Assembly: GCA_010405405.1 (NCBI GenBank)
Contig: MU004242.1
Span: forward strand, 717,751-781,750
DNA: 64,000 nt
Direction: 5' to 3'
Source: Microthyrium microscopicum
Lineage: Eukaryota
The notes under the pieces are model-generated. The model ran no database searches and was not told the DNA's origin. It was given only the letters and a program-made list of their open reading frames with translations. Below, in pieces: positions 51,160-61,999 of this stretch; the first letter of the stretch is position 1, and each line of letters opens with the position of its first letter. A program made the translations under genes and the position numbers.

Positions 51160-51848
51160 GTTGGTGTCTTTGGACGAATCAAGACATGGCTAGAATAAGA
51201 TTGGAGGGTAAGGTAGTGGGTGGAAGAAGATAGATCGTAAGGTTGTCGTGAGTTGATTGACTGGGGTATGTTTGGAGAAGTTGAGAAGTAGATTGGAGAA
51301 TGGCAGTTTGCTAGAGCCTAGAGCCTAGAGGAAGGAGATGCTGGGGAAGATCAAGACATATCGCGCTAGTCAACGATAACTAAGCGAATGACAGGGGTAA
51401 CTCGTGGAATGCATTCTCTCGCATATCAGGGCTAGGGCTGTTCCAGTCCAAGGCTACAAGGCTTAAAGGCACGAAGGCCCCCATTCTAAGCCTCGAATAT
51501 AAGGCATGAAGATCCCGGTCGCGATTGCCCCACCAGTTGAGACTAGAGAGAGTGGGTATGAGGTCACAAAGGAAAGCGCGAGTTGTCCGCTGTGCTTGCT
51601 GTGCTTGCTTTTTGCGTGACAGCCTAGACTGGACTCACTAGACGTAGTGACTTTGTGGCCACCCAACATTCAACTCAAGTACTCAACACCAATCTCACAA
51701 TCATATTGATCCTTTGATACCTCTATTCCTCCAAACTCCTACAACTCTTTCTCTCTCGTACTCATATACTCTACAATTTCCCTTTGACAGCCTTACTTTT
51801 CAACGAAACCTCACTGCAAACCAGAGAAGATCTAGTCAAACCGCGACC

Positions 51849-54363
51849 ATGTTTATGGTCAATCGCCGTATGTATACTCTGACCCAGTTACTCTTCCCGA
51901 AACTGACACTCTGTCTAGTCGGCAAGTTCCTCTTTGGGGATGGCTCAAAGGAATCCCTCATAGAAATACCTGACGGCCAACTTTACGTTGTTCGCCCACT
52001 CTCCCTCAAAGGCTATTCCGAGCTTATCTACAAAGACGCCAAAGCTTCCATTCGTCGCACTGGAGTCGAGTTCCAATATCAGCTAGTGATAACCCGCATA
52101 TACGAAGAAGGAGAGGAAGAGCTACTTGACGAAGACAGCGCTGACGAAGCTGGTCTTGATGAGCTGAACAAAGACGAGCAGTCTTTCTTGCTAGATCAGG
52201 CTTTAGAGTTCCGCGTCGACATTCGAGACACTGGTGAAAAGGTTTTCGCCTGGCGCGATTTAAGCGGCGCAAAGGAAGACTTATGGGAATTTGTCTGTGA
52301 CACTTCGACTAGACCTGAGACAGTCGAGACATTCGAAATCGCCGCCATTCGCTGTCAATTCGAGCGCAAATACAAGCGCAACTCGGATACTGCCACAGAA
52401 ACTGAACTTCAAGAATTCCATTTCGCAGAACAACCTATACCTTCCGCCAGTCCTATCCTCAAACCATCATCCGCCTCTCCTACAATATCTCCTTCACACA
52501 CCTCCACACGACTACAGGCTGACGCCACTGAAGCAGACGGAAGCATGTCCTCTAAATCACCAGCTGGAAGAGGGGTCGGCGCAAGCTCTTCTCAAGCTGC
52601 TCCCCAGCCCGTAGCTCATCCTGAGGGTCGCGAGACCTATACTCGTGAAGCGGGTGAGCTGCATCTGTTTGACATCGATACTGGTACATTTGTCCTACAA
52701 GACAATGCGGTCGAAGCTGTAGTCATGGACTTGGGCAGTTGGAACTACTGGCTCAAAATCACTGGACAAAGCCGAAATTGGCTCGGTCGCATGATTGAAG
52801 ACGATATCAACCCCGTTTTCAACTTTGAATACCTTTCTGCAATCTTCAACGTTTATGGCGCAGATCATTCAGCCTATTCATGGCTTCTTCGGTTCAAAGA
52901 TCGAGAAGTTCTGGAAAAGTTCCAGCAAGGTCTTATGCAAGCGCTATGGGAACACAACAATCAGGTAAAATGGGCCAAGCTCAAAGACAACGACCAGGAT
53001 TACATCCTAGAAGCGTTCAACGACATGACAATGGAAGATGTTGAAGAAGAGCCTGAGGAAGAAATTGAAGAGAGTGATGAGGCAGAAGAGGAGCGACCTC
53101 GTCACCGCTCCGAGGAGTATGATTCTGATGAATCGCAAGATGATACGGAACAGCAAAAGAAGGACGGAAACGTCAACTCACAGCTTGCAATTGGTCAACG
53201 CCATAATCGAGCCTTTGTTGTGCGTGGTTCGAATATTGGTGTATTCAAGAACGACGACGATGGGCACAATCTCTCATTCGTCACCAATATTCAAAAGGTT
53301 GCCACTCCAAAGGGCAAACTATTCTCGCCAAAGAAGGTCATGTTGCATGCTGGTGACGCAAATCTGATCATGCAAAGCGAGGACAATCCCAACGGAGTTT
53401 ATCGCATGGATTTGGAGACTGGAAAGGTTGTCGATGAGTGGAAGGTGCACGATGATATTGCAATCAATACCTTTGCTCCAGAAACCGTAAGTCTTTCAAT
53501 ATGAAAACACGAAACCACTTTTACTAACAATTATCCAGAAATTCGCCCAAATGACCGACCAGCAAACTTTCCTCGGTGCATCCAAGAACGCCATGTATCG
53601 CGTCGACCCCCGTCTAGGCGGCAACAAGCTCGTCGACACCGACCTAAAGCAATACGCCTCCAAAACCGGCTTCACCACTGTCGGCACCACCGAGCAAGGC
53701 TACATCGCCGTCGGTTCCGAAAAAGGCGACATCCGTCTCTATGACCGTCTCGGCATCAATGCCAAAACCAACCTCCCTGGCCTCGGTGATGCCATCATCG
53801 GCATCGACGTCTCCGCCGACGGCCGCTGGGTTCTCGCGACCGCCAAAACCTACCTCCTCCTCGTCGACACACAACAAAAAGACGGCAAATTCGAAGGCCG
53901 TCTTGGCTTCGAACGTTCCTTCCCAAAAGAAAGCAAGCCCGAGCCCCGCCGCCTCGCTCTGACTCCCGCACATGTAGCGCAATTCATGCACGAAACAAAA
54001 GCACCCATCAATTTCACGCCAGCGAAATTCAACACGGGCCCAAATCTTGAGGAAACTACCATTGTCACCGCCACCGGTCCCTTCGTCATTTCCTGGTCTC
54101 TCAAGAAGATCGTAAAGGGTCAGCGTAATCCTTACAGCATCAAGCGCTATACCGACGAAGTCAAGGCGGATAACTTCCGCTTCAACAGCGATAAGGGCAT
54201 TATTGTGGCTTTGCCGAATGAGGTCGATGTGGTTATGAAGAAGGCGCTTAAGGCACCCACGCGAGAGAGCATTGCGGCACCACGATTGAGTGCTGCTGGG
54301 AGACGGAGTGGTGCGCGGAGAAGCGGGTATTTGGGGAGAGATGATATTGTTAAGAACTACTAA
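51849..54363 (+). CDS. VID27: Vacuolar import and degradation protein 27, 3 exons
   Basis: MFMVNR|LGKFLFG..GQLYVVRP..FQYQLVI..EEGEEEL; NSQLAIG..FVVRGS; DLETGKVVDEW; GDIRLYDRLG.NAKT. Introns 51868-51918 and 53487-53538. Confidence 0.92.
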
Positions 54364-54959
54364 GAAAGATTGAATGGTTTGGTTGGGCTGAGTGAGATTC
54401 GTGTGCAGATTGACTTGGTGGACGCTTGTTGTTGTTGCGTCCGTAGTCTCGCTGGATAGAATGTGTTGCTGTTTTCTTGTTATATTTCTGCGTTGTTGAA
54501 CGGCCCTATTTTGTGTTTTATGTTCATGATGGGAAGGGTGTTTGTTTTGAAAGTATCTTTGGCGTATTTGATTTGACGAGCGTCGATAGTCTCCGCTGCA
54601 GTTGTTAGGATCGGTTTTGGGTTTGCTTGGGCACTGGTGGATTTGATGTCTATGCGTCTAAGAATCCAGTTCTTGATGTGTGGATTTGATGAAGGATGCG
54701 GGATATGAATCAGTAGAAGGAAAGTATGGTAGATAGCTACATGAACTCTTCAGTATGTTAGGAAGTTAGGAACGACATTGCATCCCTTTTCTAAATCATT
54801 GATCGAATTTCATCTTAAGACGCGCAAGTCTATTCTACAAGTCGACTCGAGGAGTATTTCCAACCTCAATATGCAATGACTTGCTTCCTTCACCAAACAA
54901 TACCTGTGTCTTGGTTCCCACTTTAGCATGGCAACCAGATCTCCACCTCAGATGCCCCA

Positions 54960-55187
54960 TTACATCCTGCTCATCGCTTCGGCAGCTGCTGACTTCGCCA
55001 TCGCAGCTTCGTATTCAATTTCGCAATCTCGACAAGGCTCGGTTTTGAGATGGATATGGTCATGAGGAACGCAGTAGATCTGGTGAACTACACAGAACAC
55101 CGGCTTTCCCTGTTCCCGTTTCCTGCAGTTTCCCTTGTATTTCTTTGGGCAATGGTGTTTCGTTGTTCCTACTCTCCCGTGTGGCAT
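54960..55187 (-). CDS. Small Cys/His-rich basic protein (possible zinc-binding)
   Basis: 75-aa ORF starting at ATG: HHC..C..FCVVHQIYC..H.H.HLKTEPCRDC. Confidence 0.5.
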   Translation of the reverse strand: MPHGRVGTTKHHCPKKYKGNCRKREQGKPVFCVVHQIYCVPHDHIHLKTEPCRDCEIEYEAAMAKSAAAEAMSRM

Positions 55188-55521
55188 TGTGATATGATGC
55201 CTGGATTGGCGCAGAAAGGTCTTGAGTGTAGAAAGTGCGTGATGATTGGTATGGATGGCTGTATGTTTGCGAATAATAAACTCAACATAGCTGGTATGTA
55301 TGCTAGAAAGCTTATTAGTACATATTCTGAAAGATGGTGTTGCTCATATTCACAGCAAGTAGCCAAATGACCTATATCTATTAGCTATTGACCAGCCAGT
55401 GTTGCAATTTTGTGGCTGCGCCTTCCCTGACTTATAGCAAGCAGTCAAAGGGTCCATGATATAAGTGACAGATCGTAATAGAGTCTATACCGCTTGAGAA
55501 GTTCCAGTGTCAATGTGTGCA

Positions 55522-55600
55522 TCTCCCATCGGATGCGCTGGGAATTAAAGCATCTTTTCGTTGACAAGTGCGATGGTGGCCATCGCAGTCGATGGGAGCT
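55522..55600 (-). repeat. Stand-alone copy of the ~54-bp intron-family unit
   Basis: The minus strand reads GCTCCCATCGACTGCGATGGCCACCATCGCACTT..GATGCTTTAATTCCCAGCGCATCCGATGGGAG, with a 54-bp period (55596/55542). Confidence 0.7.
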
Positions 55601-56510
55601 GATCAGTTGTTGGGCTCACTGGAAGGGCAGTGTCATTGTTAATCACATTGGCTCAAGAGCCATATTATCAATTGAAATCTTGAAAGATACCCTGCTCAAA
55701 TACAGAAATTTGCAAAGCTCTCGTGTGGAGGAATCGCCAGGCACAAGCAGTATGTCGGCTGGGAGCTTTTCAGGACCAGGAGAAAATACTCGCTTTCACC
55801 ACTATGCAATAAAGTCATAACAGGCCCACCGTGATCTAGGATTTGTGACATCAGATGTTGTTACTTCTACTTGACGCTCAGTATCCGTAGCCATCACATC
55901 GTCGCGAATAATCACCCTTATCGAAAATGGCATTCCTGTGCACCCCGATCCATTCTCAAACTGCAGCAAGCTGGAGTTACAGCCGAAGCGAATAGTGTGA
56001 CGGCTACCTGAAAGGTTATGTACATTGTCAATAAGACAAAACTTGAAGTTTCTTCAGCCTTACATTTGTGTCATAAGGCTGAAGTGAAGCCTTACCTATT
56101 TTGATTTAGCTCAGCCTTGACTCGCTCTTTCCTTAAATTCTCCCACCATATACCTTCTTATCACCTAGGTATTTCTTTCGTAACGGTATGTAAAAGTCAT
56201 CGCCCAGAAACTTAATGTTCTTCGCTACTGTCAATAGCCACGGAAGACCAATTTTTGAGAATTGTTACCATTGACTAGCAATTCAGCGCGCAACAGGTCA
56301 AAAAGCAAACGGTCAGTGTCACCAACCGAAGGGATCTGTCACCAGAAAGATAAAGTGGGGTAGGAAGACAAAGTTCTATCATTTATTGTACAAGCGCCGA
56401 CTCACAGATATCAAAAACTTCATCCCTTCCTTATTTCCAGCAATCATCTACTGCCGCCGTAGTGTAGATGCTTAAAGCCTCCTGCAACAAATCGATCCCG
56501 AAGCGACATC

Positions 56511-57803
56511 ATGGCCGAAAAGGAGCAAGCGATGAGATCTCACGAGAATTCTATGGACTTGGCCTCCTTAAGTCTAAGGCCCAATATTGAGTCCCCCCCA
56601 CCAAGTCCCACAGGTTCAGCTGTTTCGGAATCCTCAACGGTGGAGTGGAACCACGTACCTTTCACCGATTTCCAAGCGCAAGTTCTTGAGCTTGGCCTCG
56701 AAATTCTCAATGACTCAACTAGAAGTTCGATCGAGATTGAACGGCTAAGAGGTGGAGGTGAGAACCGAGTAATTGGACTAAAACTCACAAAGCCTGCAAC
56801 ATTCCAGCAACCTTCGGTGGTAGACAATTACGTTCTTCGAATCCCTCGCCGAATTTGCGATGCCGATTTCCCACATACCATGGCCCAATTGGATTTTGCT
56901 GCACGAGTGAGCAGTATTCCAGTTCCAAAGACAATCAAGGTGGAATGTTCAAAAGAGAATCCTATTCAGAGTCCTTACCTTTTGCAAGAGCGTATCCCAG
57001 GTCAATCTCTGCTGGACGCTTGGCCAGATTTCAATCTCTCACAAAAGCTGTCCGTGACTCGACAGATCGCAACCTTGTTCCAGTCGATTCGAGCCTTCCC
57101 AGTTTCACGTGGAGGCATTCCGGATCCAAAAAAAGAACTATTACCTTGGCCGCATCAACCTCCTATACTCCGATATCCTCAATGCAACTCTTCAGGCGAA
57201 TCTCTGACTGGACCAGCATCTACGGCGTTATTCCAGAGTCCAACGGACATGTTGCAATCACGGTTGGATGTTTGGATGGAGAGAGATATCAAACATAGAA
57301 AGCCACTTTGGGAAATGCTCTCCCAAGGCTTCAAAAATCTCAACGCCACCACCGGTCTTTTCGAAAGCGAGTTTTATTGGTACCACGGAGACTTCCAGCC
57401 TCGGAATCTTCTCGTAGCAGTCATCAGCGAGGAGGAAGTCAAGATTACCGGTGTGCTAGACTGGGACAACAGCCATTTCGCCCCTGCGGTTGTAGCGTTT
57501 GAGCCGCCTTGTTGGCTGTGGATGCAAGATTACTGGAAGGATGCTAGTGACCCAACACCTGATGGCACGGAATGGTACATGACCGAGGCGATGCTCTGTG
57601 AAAAAGCTGGTTTGATACCTACGAACGATGACGACAAACAGATCAAAGAATGCTTTGAAGAATATTTGCAATCGCCTTATGTGCTGAAGTTTGCGTATGC
57701 CAACCATGCGGTTGATGCGAGAAGACTGTACAAAATGGTGCTTGATGGGCTCACGGATCAAGACGTTGGGGAGGTCGCAGTGAAAATCTGCGAACGTCAC
57801 TGA
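56511..57803 (+). CDS. Aminoglycoside phosphotransferase / choline kinase-like protein
   Basis: GGGENRVIG, YVLRIPR, IPVP, PYLLQERIPG, HGDFQPRNLL (Brenner motif), ITGVLDWD. Confidence 0.85.
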   Translation: MAEKEQAMRSHENSMDLASLSLRPNIESPPPSPTGSAVSESSTVEWNHVPFTDFQAQVLELGLEILNDSTRSSIEIERLRGGGENRVIGLKLTKPATFQQPSVVDNYVLRIPRRICDADFPHTMAQLDFAARVSSIPVPKTIKVECSKENPIQSPYLLQERIPGQSLLDAWPDFNLSQKLSVTRQIATLFQSIRAFPVSRGGIPDPKKELLPWPHQPPILRYPQCNSSGESLTGPASTALFQSPTDMLQSRLDVWMERDIKHRKPLWEMLSQGFKNLNATTGLFESEFYWYHGDFQPRNLLVAVISEEEVKITGVLDWDNSHFAPAVVAFEPPCWLWMQDYWKDASDPTPDGTEWYMTEAMLCEKAGLIPTNDDDKQIKECFEEYLQSPYVLKFAYANHAVDARRLYKMVLDGLTDQDVGEVAVKICERH

Positions 57804-57998
57804 CTTTCTGTCTGTTTAAGTCTGTTTGGAGGCTCGTTTACCCTGCTAACGGAAGCGATTGTAGTCGAAAAGGTTGAATATATAATCCTGAGAGTTCAAT
57901 AGTGTAGCAGAAATTATCAAATTGTGTCTAACTCAACTGGCTTGAGATCAACAGCTTCCAATAATACTCATACTCATATACCTTCAACCACGGTCATC

Positions 57999-59293
57999 AT
58001 GAACTCAAATCACATCAAAGACCACGAAATGCAAGCTACCGCGGCTGGTCCGCAAGATGTAGTGTTATTCACACTAGGTCAGGGGATATCAGCAACCTCA
58101 GCTCACTTCATGACATGGTAATTACCCTGAATCAGAGCAGTTCTGACGAAATCCAAAAACAACATATCTCCCATCGCACTCGATGGCTCCCATAAAACCT
58201 GTTCTTGTTCGAGTGCTGTGGGTCCCATCAGATGCGATGGCACCCATAACACTTGAACATTATTTTGACCGGGCAAGGCTAAACAGTCCTTTCAACGTGT
58301 TGTCCAAAATAATGATCTTATACTAAAACATTTTAGGTAAGCCTTTTCTAGATTATACCATATTTCTTGACAACATTCAACAAAATCAAAAACAGCGTTG
58401 CTCCCATCGCATTCGATGGCTACCATATGATGCGCTTGTGATCGAGTGCTATAATTCCCACCGCACTCGATGGCTTCCATCAGAAAGCACTTTTATAATC
58501 TCTACTGACCAATTCCAGGGATGCCATATACAATGACAGGGACGAATCTCGCCGGTACAAAATCCAGAGCTCGTGCAATGTAAGCCTAAAAGATGGAGCC
58601 ATTGAATTCAAGGCTGGCACTGCGTTCACGAAAGAATCTCTGTATTCCAAACAAAAGAAACACGGGTTCTTGCAGACGGGCCCCCCCGGACGGCACGCAT
58701 GGCTCATTTGCGTGGGTATAGAAGGAGGCCCCATGAACGGACCGGAGCCACCGAGGATAGATCTTGAGCTGAGACTTGTGAGTGTCTAAGCAAAGAGCAC
58801 TCTCTTCTTCATGTACTAACTCTTCTAGGAACCAGGCGATGACAAATGGCGCCGCGCAGGCAGCAATCTCATCACCTATAAGTCCATAACCAAGGCGTTC
58901 TGTCACGAAACAAAGCTACGAAAGCTCCTGGAGGTCACAAATTTTATGGATGGCGAATTATTTGTGATGCCAATCAAAGGTCCGATCGAGATTCCTGACA
59001 ATGGCTTGCTTGAGTTCCAAGTACACAATCGAGGCTTCGTGTCCAGGGGTTTGAGAGGACAGCATGTCGGCCGTGGACCAGTGATAGTGCGATGTGTTGT
59101 CAATGACGACCTGCCAGGTACTTATGAGTTGTTGCATGAGCATCTCAAACTTGGGGGATGGCATTTCGAAAGTTGGGGTAGCGGAGAGACTTTTGGGGAG
59201 CCCATTGTCATTGATACAAGGAGCTCATATGGTCCTAAAGTCCCCAAATCTGTCAGATTTGTACCACAATCAGGGGCAAGTGGTAGTGGATGA
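57999..59293 (+). CDS. Hypothetical protein, 3 coding exons (57999-58117, 58519-58777, ~58829-59293)
   Basis: Exon 1 ..HFMT-TG|GTAATT; after CTGAC..CAG at 58518 the frame stays open (WDAIYNDRDESRRYKIQSSC..LELRL). A short GTGAGT..CTAAC..TAG intron then joins in frame to the 58946-59293 ORF. Confidence 0.65.
58118..58518 (+). other. Two abutting introns (58118-58336 and 58337-58518), each carrying tandem ~54-bp family units
   Basis: GTAATT...TACTAAAACATTTTAG|GTAAGC...CTGACCAATTCCAG; units at 58170/58224 and 58403/58457. Confidence 0.65.
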
Positions 59294-59510
59294 ATACCAG
59301 GGTACTAAAGAGCGTCTCGGAGTTTTTTCTTGATGGAATTTGTCTGAATCTGTTTAAACTGTGTGATTTATCTTGATGCATAGGGCAGTAAGTACTTAAC
59401 TTAACAAAAAAATATAAAATTGGTGTCAGAGTCGATTTTCGTCTGCGCAGAAGATATTGTGAAGTATAAGGCTGAGGCTCCGTCTATGCTTTACACTAAC
59501 CCCTTTCGTC

Positions 59511-61193
59511 CTAGCCACCAGCCTCAATCCCCAACTCCAACTTCTCAAATCTCATCAACAACGAACTCACCACCAATAATGCACCACCCGCCATAGCAGG
59601 CGCAAACATCTTGCGGATTGTCTCTGCAACCGCCACTGTCGCGATCTGTATGACTTTATCGTTGGCCGACGCGAACATCGGCGACAGCCGGCCTGCCAAT
59701 GCAGACCGAATATACTCATCAGGGAAGTCATATCCCGCAAATGCGCTCTTGAGCTCGCGAAATCCCTGATTTTGAAAGAGCGATCCTGCAATGGCGAGCG
59801 AGATGGACGTCGCGCCCAATTGGGACAGGTTGATGAAGCCCAGCGCTTTTGACGAATCTTTCGGCGAGACTTTCGCAACGGCGATGGCGTAGGCGTTTTG
59901 CCAGACTAGCCCTGTGCCGGCTGCCACGAGAATCTCGTAGCCGTAGATGTTTCCGCCAAGCGTGCTGGTGTTGATGGTATGTAGTAGTGATGTGCCAATC
60001 AGGATCAGTGAGCCGCCAGCTAGGTAGTAGAGGTTGTAGCGTCCAACGATGGGCAGCGTGGCGCCAGCCAACATCACGAAGAAGATAAAAATACAAATGA
60101 ACGGTAACAGACGGATGGCGGCGCGTATGGCCGAGTCGCCTTTGGTGAATTGAAAGAATAGTGGGATGTAGTAGAGCGTGATACTTTGAGCCGCTGCACC
60201 GCTACTGGTAGCGGTGAAGAGTAAGACCAGAGTCCGGGATTTGAGGAAATGCACGGGAAAGTTGCGGTCATTGGTGAAGATAGAAAAGGCTTGCTGGACG
60301 ATGAACGCGATGAAACAGGCGCCGAATACCACCCAGAGAGCGATAGATCCTCTTGAGTCCCAGGCGTACGTCGAGCCACTGAAGCAGAGAGCAACAATGA
60401 AGAGCACGAAAGCTGCGGCGTATAGTGTCGCCCCGAGCCAGTCGATACTTGCGAGCTTAGTCTTAATGCTGAGATCTGGTCGCGGATTCCTTCCTGGGAA
60501 GAAAAAGATGTACGATGGGAAAAACAGACCCGCGATAGGAAGATTGATGTAAAAGGCCTAAACATTCAAGTCAGTCCAAAACCAAAGCGAGTTGTCAAAA
60601 CTAATACGTACCCAACGCCAAGTCGCACCACTCCCAGCAAACAGTCCACCCACCACTGGCCCAAGAATAGACCCAACACCCCAACTAAGCCCAATCAGGG
60701 CATTATATAATGGCGTCTCCGCCGGAGTCGTAAAAGCGGTAATATAGGTCAACGCCCCCAGATACATTCCCGCTCCACCAACTCCAGCAACAACTCGTCC
60801 TATAACCAACGTATTCGACGTTGGTGCAGCACCGCAAATGGCACTACCGACTTCAAACAGGGTCAAGCTGCATATAATCAACCATTTGACGTTAAAGAGC
60901 CCATATCCGCGCGAAAAAAGGAGGATAGTTGCGGCGGAGGCCATGGGGAAACCGATACCAATCCATTGTAGATTCTCGATGTCGCCTAGGTCTTCGTAGA
61001 CTGGCCCTTGCACGTCGGCAGCGACGGTTGTATCGAGGCCGTAGAGGATGGCGCCGAGATAGAGGATGATACAGATCAGGATCCATTTCCAGGTTGGGAT
61101 GTTGGCGCGGGGGTGCGAAGGAATTGGAGTGTTATCCAGTTCTGTGATGTTGTCATCGGCTTCGCTTGAGGGGGCGGAAGGAGGTTTTTCCAT
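59511..61193 (-). CDS. MFS drug:H+ antiporter (DHA2, 14-TM efflux pump), 2 exons
   Basis: LDTTVAAD, LFEVGSAICGAAP..GRVVAGVGGAG, LGPVVGG, TWRW|AFYINLP across intron 60558-60611, YYIPLFFQF. Confidence 0.92.
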
Positions 61194-61493
61194 TGCGGAA
61201 GAAGGCAAAGGTAAGAAAAATGGGACGATGATCGATAGGTGATGAATGGTTTGTTCTCTACATTCTAGGTATGGGAAAACTGGATCTATTTAACAAGACT
61301 TGTTAACGACATATTGCTATTCTCTCAACTTCGAAACTTTAGGAGTCAAGGACAATTAGTGAGCAACCATGATTCGCGCCTTCAAAGTCAACTTGCCATT
61401 AATCCTTACTTATCCATCAATATTCTTTACTGCGAGCCGCGCCTCATTGGAGTCTTGATTCTCCTGGAGACCTTCAGGATTGCTGCAAGAGAC

Positions 61494-61918
61494 TTAGTAA
61501 GTCGCTCCTTTGAGGCTGAGATTTGACAACCACCAAACTATTTTATTGGCCAGCTGGCGTTCGAATCCGATAGCATACTCCGGAGGTCCTAGTAACGCGG
61601 ATCATAGCCTAGTCATGCTTCTGAGGAGCGTTAGTAGCGCCGTTCTGCTAACGCGTGTCGGAGAGAGTTAGTAACGCTTCCCGGTAATTCGGCCCAAATG
61701 CATCAGTAACAAACTCGAGTTGGACAAAATAAGTATTCGCCATAGTATCAAGATTTGATCAGATTTCATAATCTTGATCTATAACTTAAGGCAATCTCAT
61801 AATATGAGCAACTGACAGTCGGGGTAGTGGACGCTGGCATCGCGGATCAGTAATCTTTTCAAGCCCGTGGCTTTATCACCCATTGCTTCTTCCCAAGAGA
61901 CACAAAGGTGCTACTAAG
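61494..61918. promoter_or_regulatory. Cluster of Yap/AP-1-like TTAGTAA sites in the divergent MFS/bZIP promoter
   Basis: TTAGTAA at 61494 and 61668; near matches CTAGTAA 61589, TTAGTAG 61631, TCAGTAA 61703 and 61847, CTACTAA 61911. Confidence 0.5.
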
Positions 61919-61999
61919 TCCCGCAAAAATTGTTCTGGGCTCCTTTCATAACACAGAGTTTAGATTTCAAGTGTCAAAGATCTGCTTTACATCGCAATA

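Noticed and set aside
51714..51918. N-terminal extension of the VID27 ORF
   Set aside because: It starts at TTG and reads through a 51-nt in-frame intron (51868-51918); the ATG at 51849 gives the expected N-terminus.
58168..58490. Palindromic repeats as a CRISPR-like array
   Set aside because: Eukaryotic context, degenerate units, similar rather than unique spacers, no cas genes; the repeats lie within predicted spliceosomal introns.
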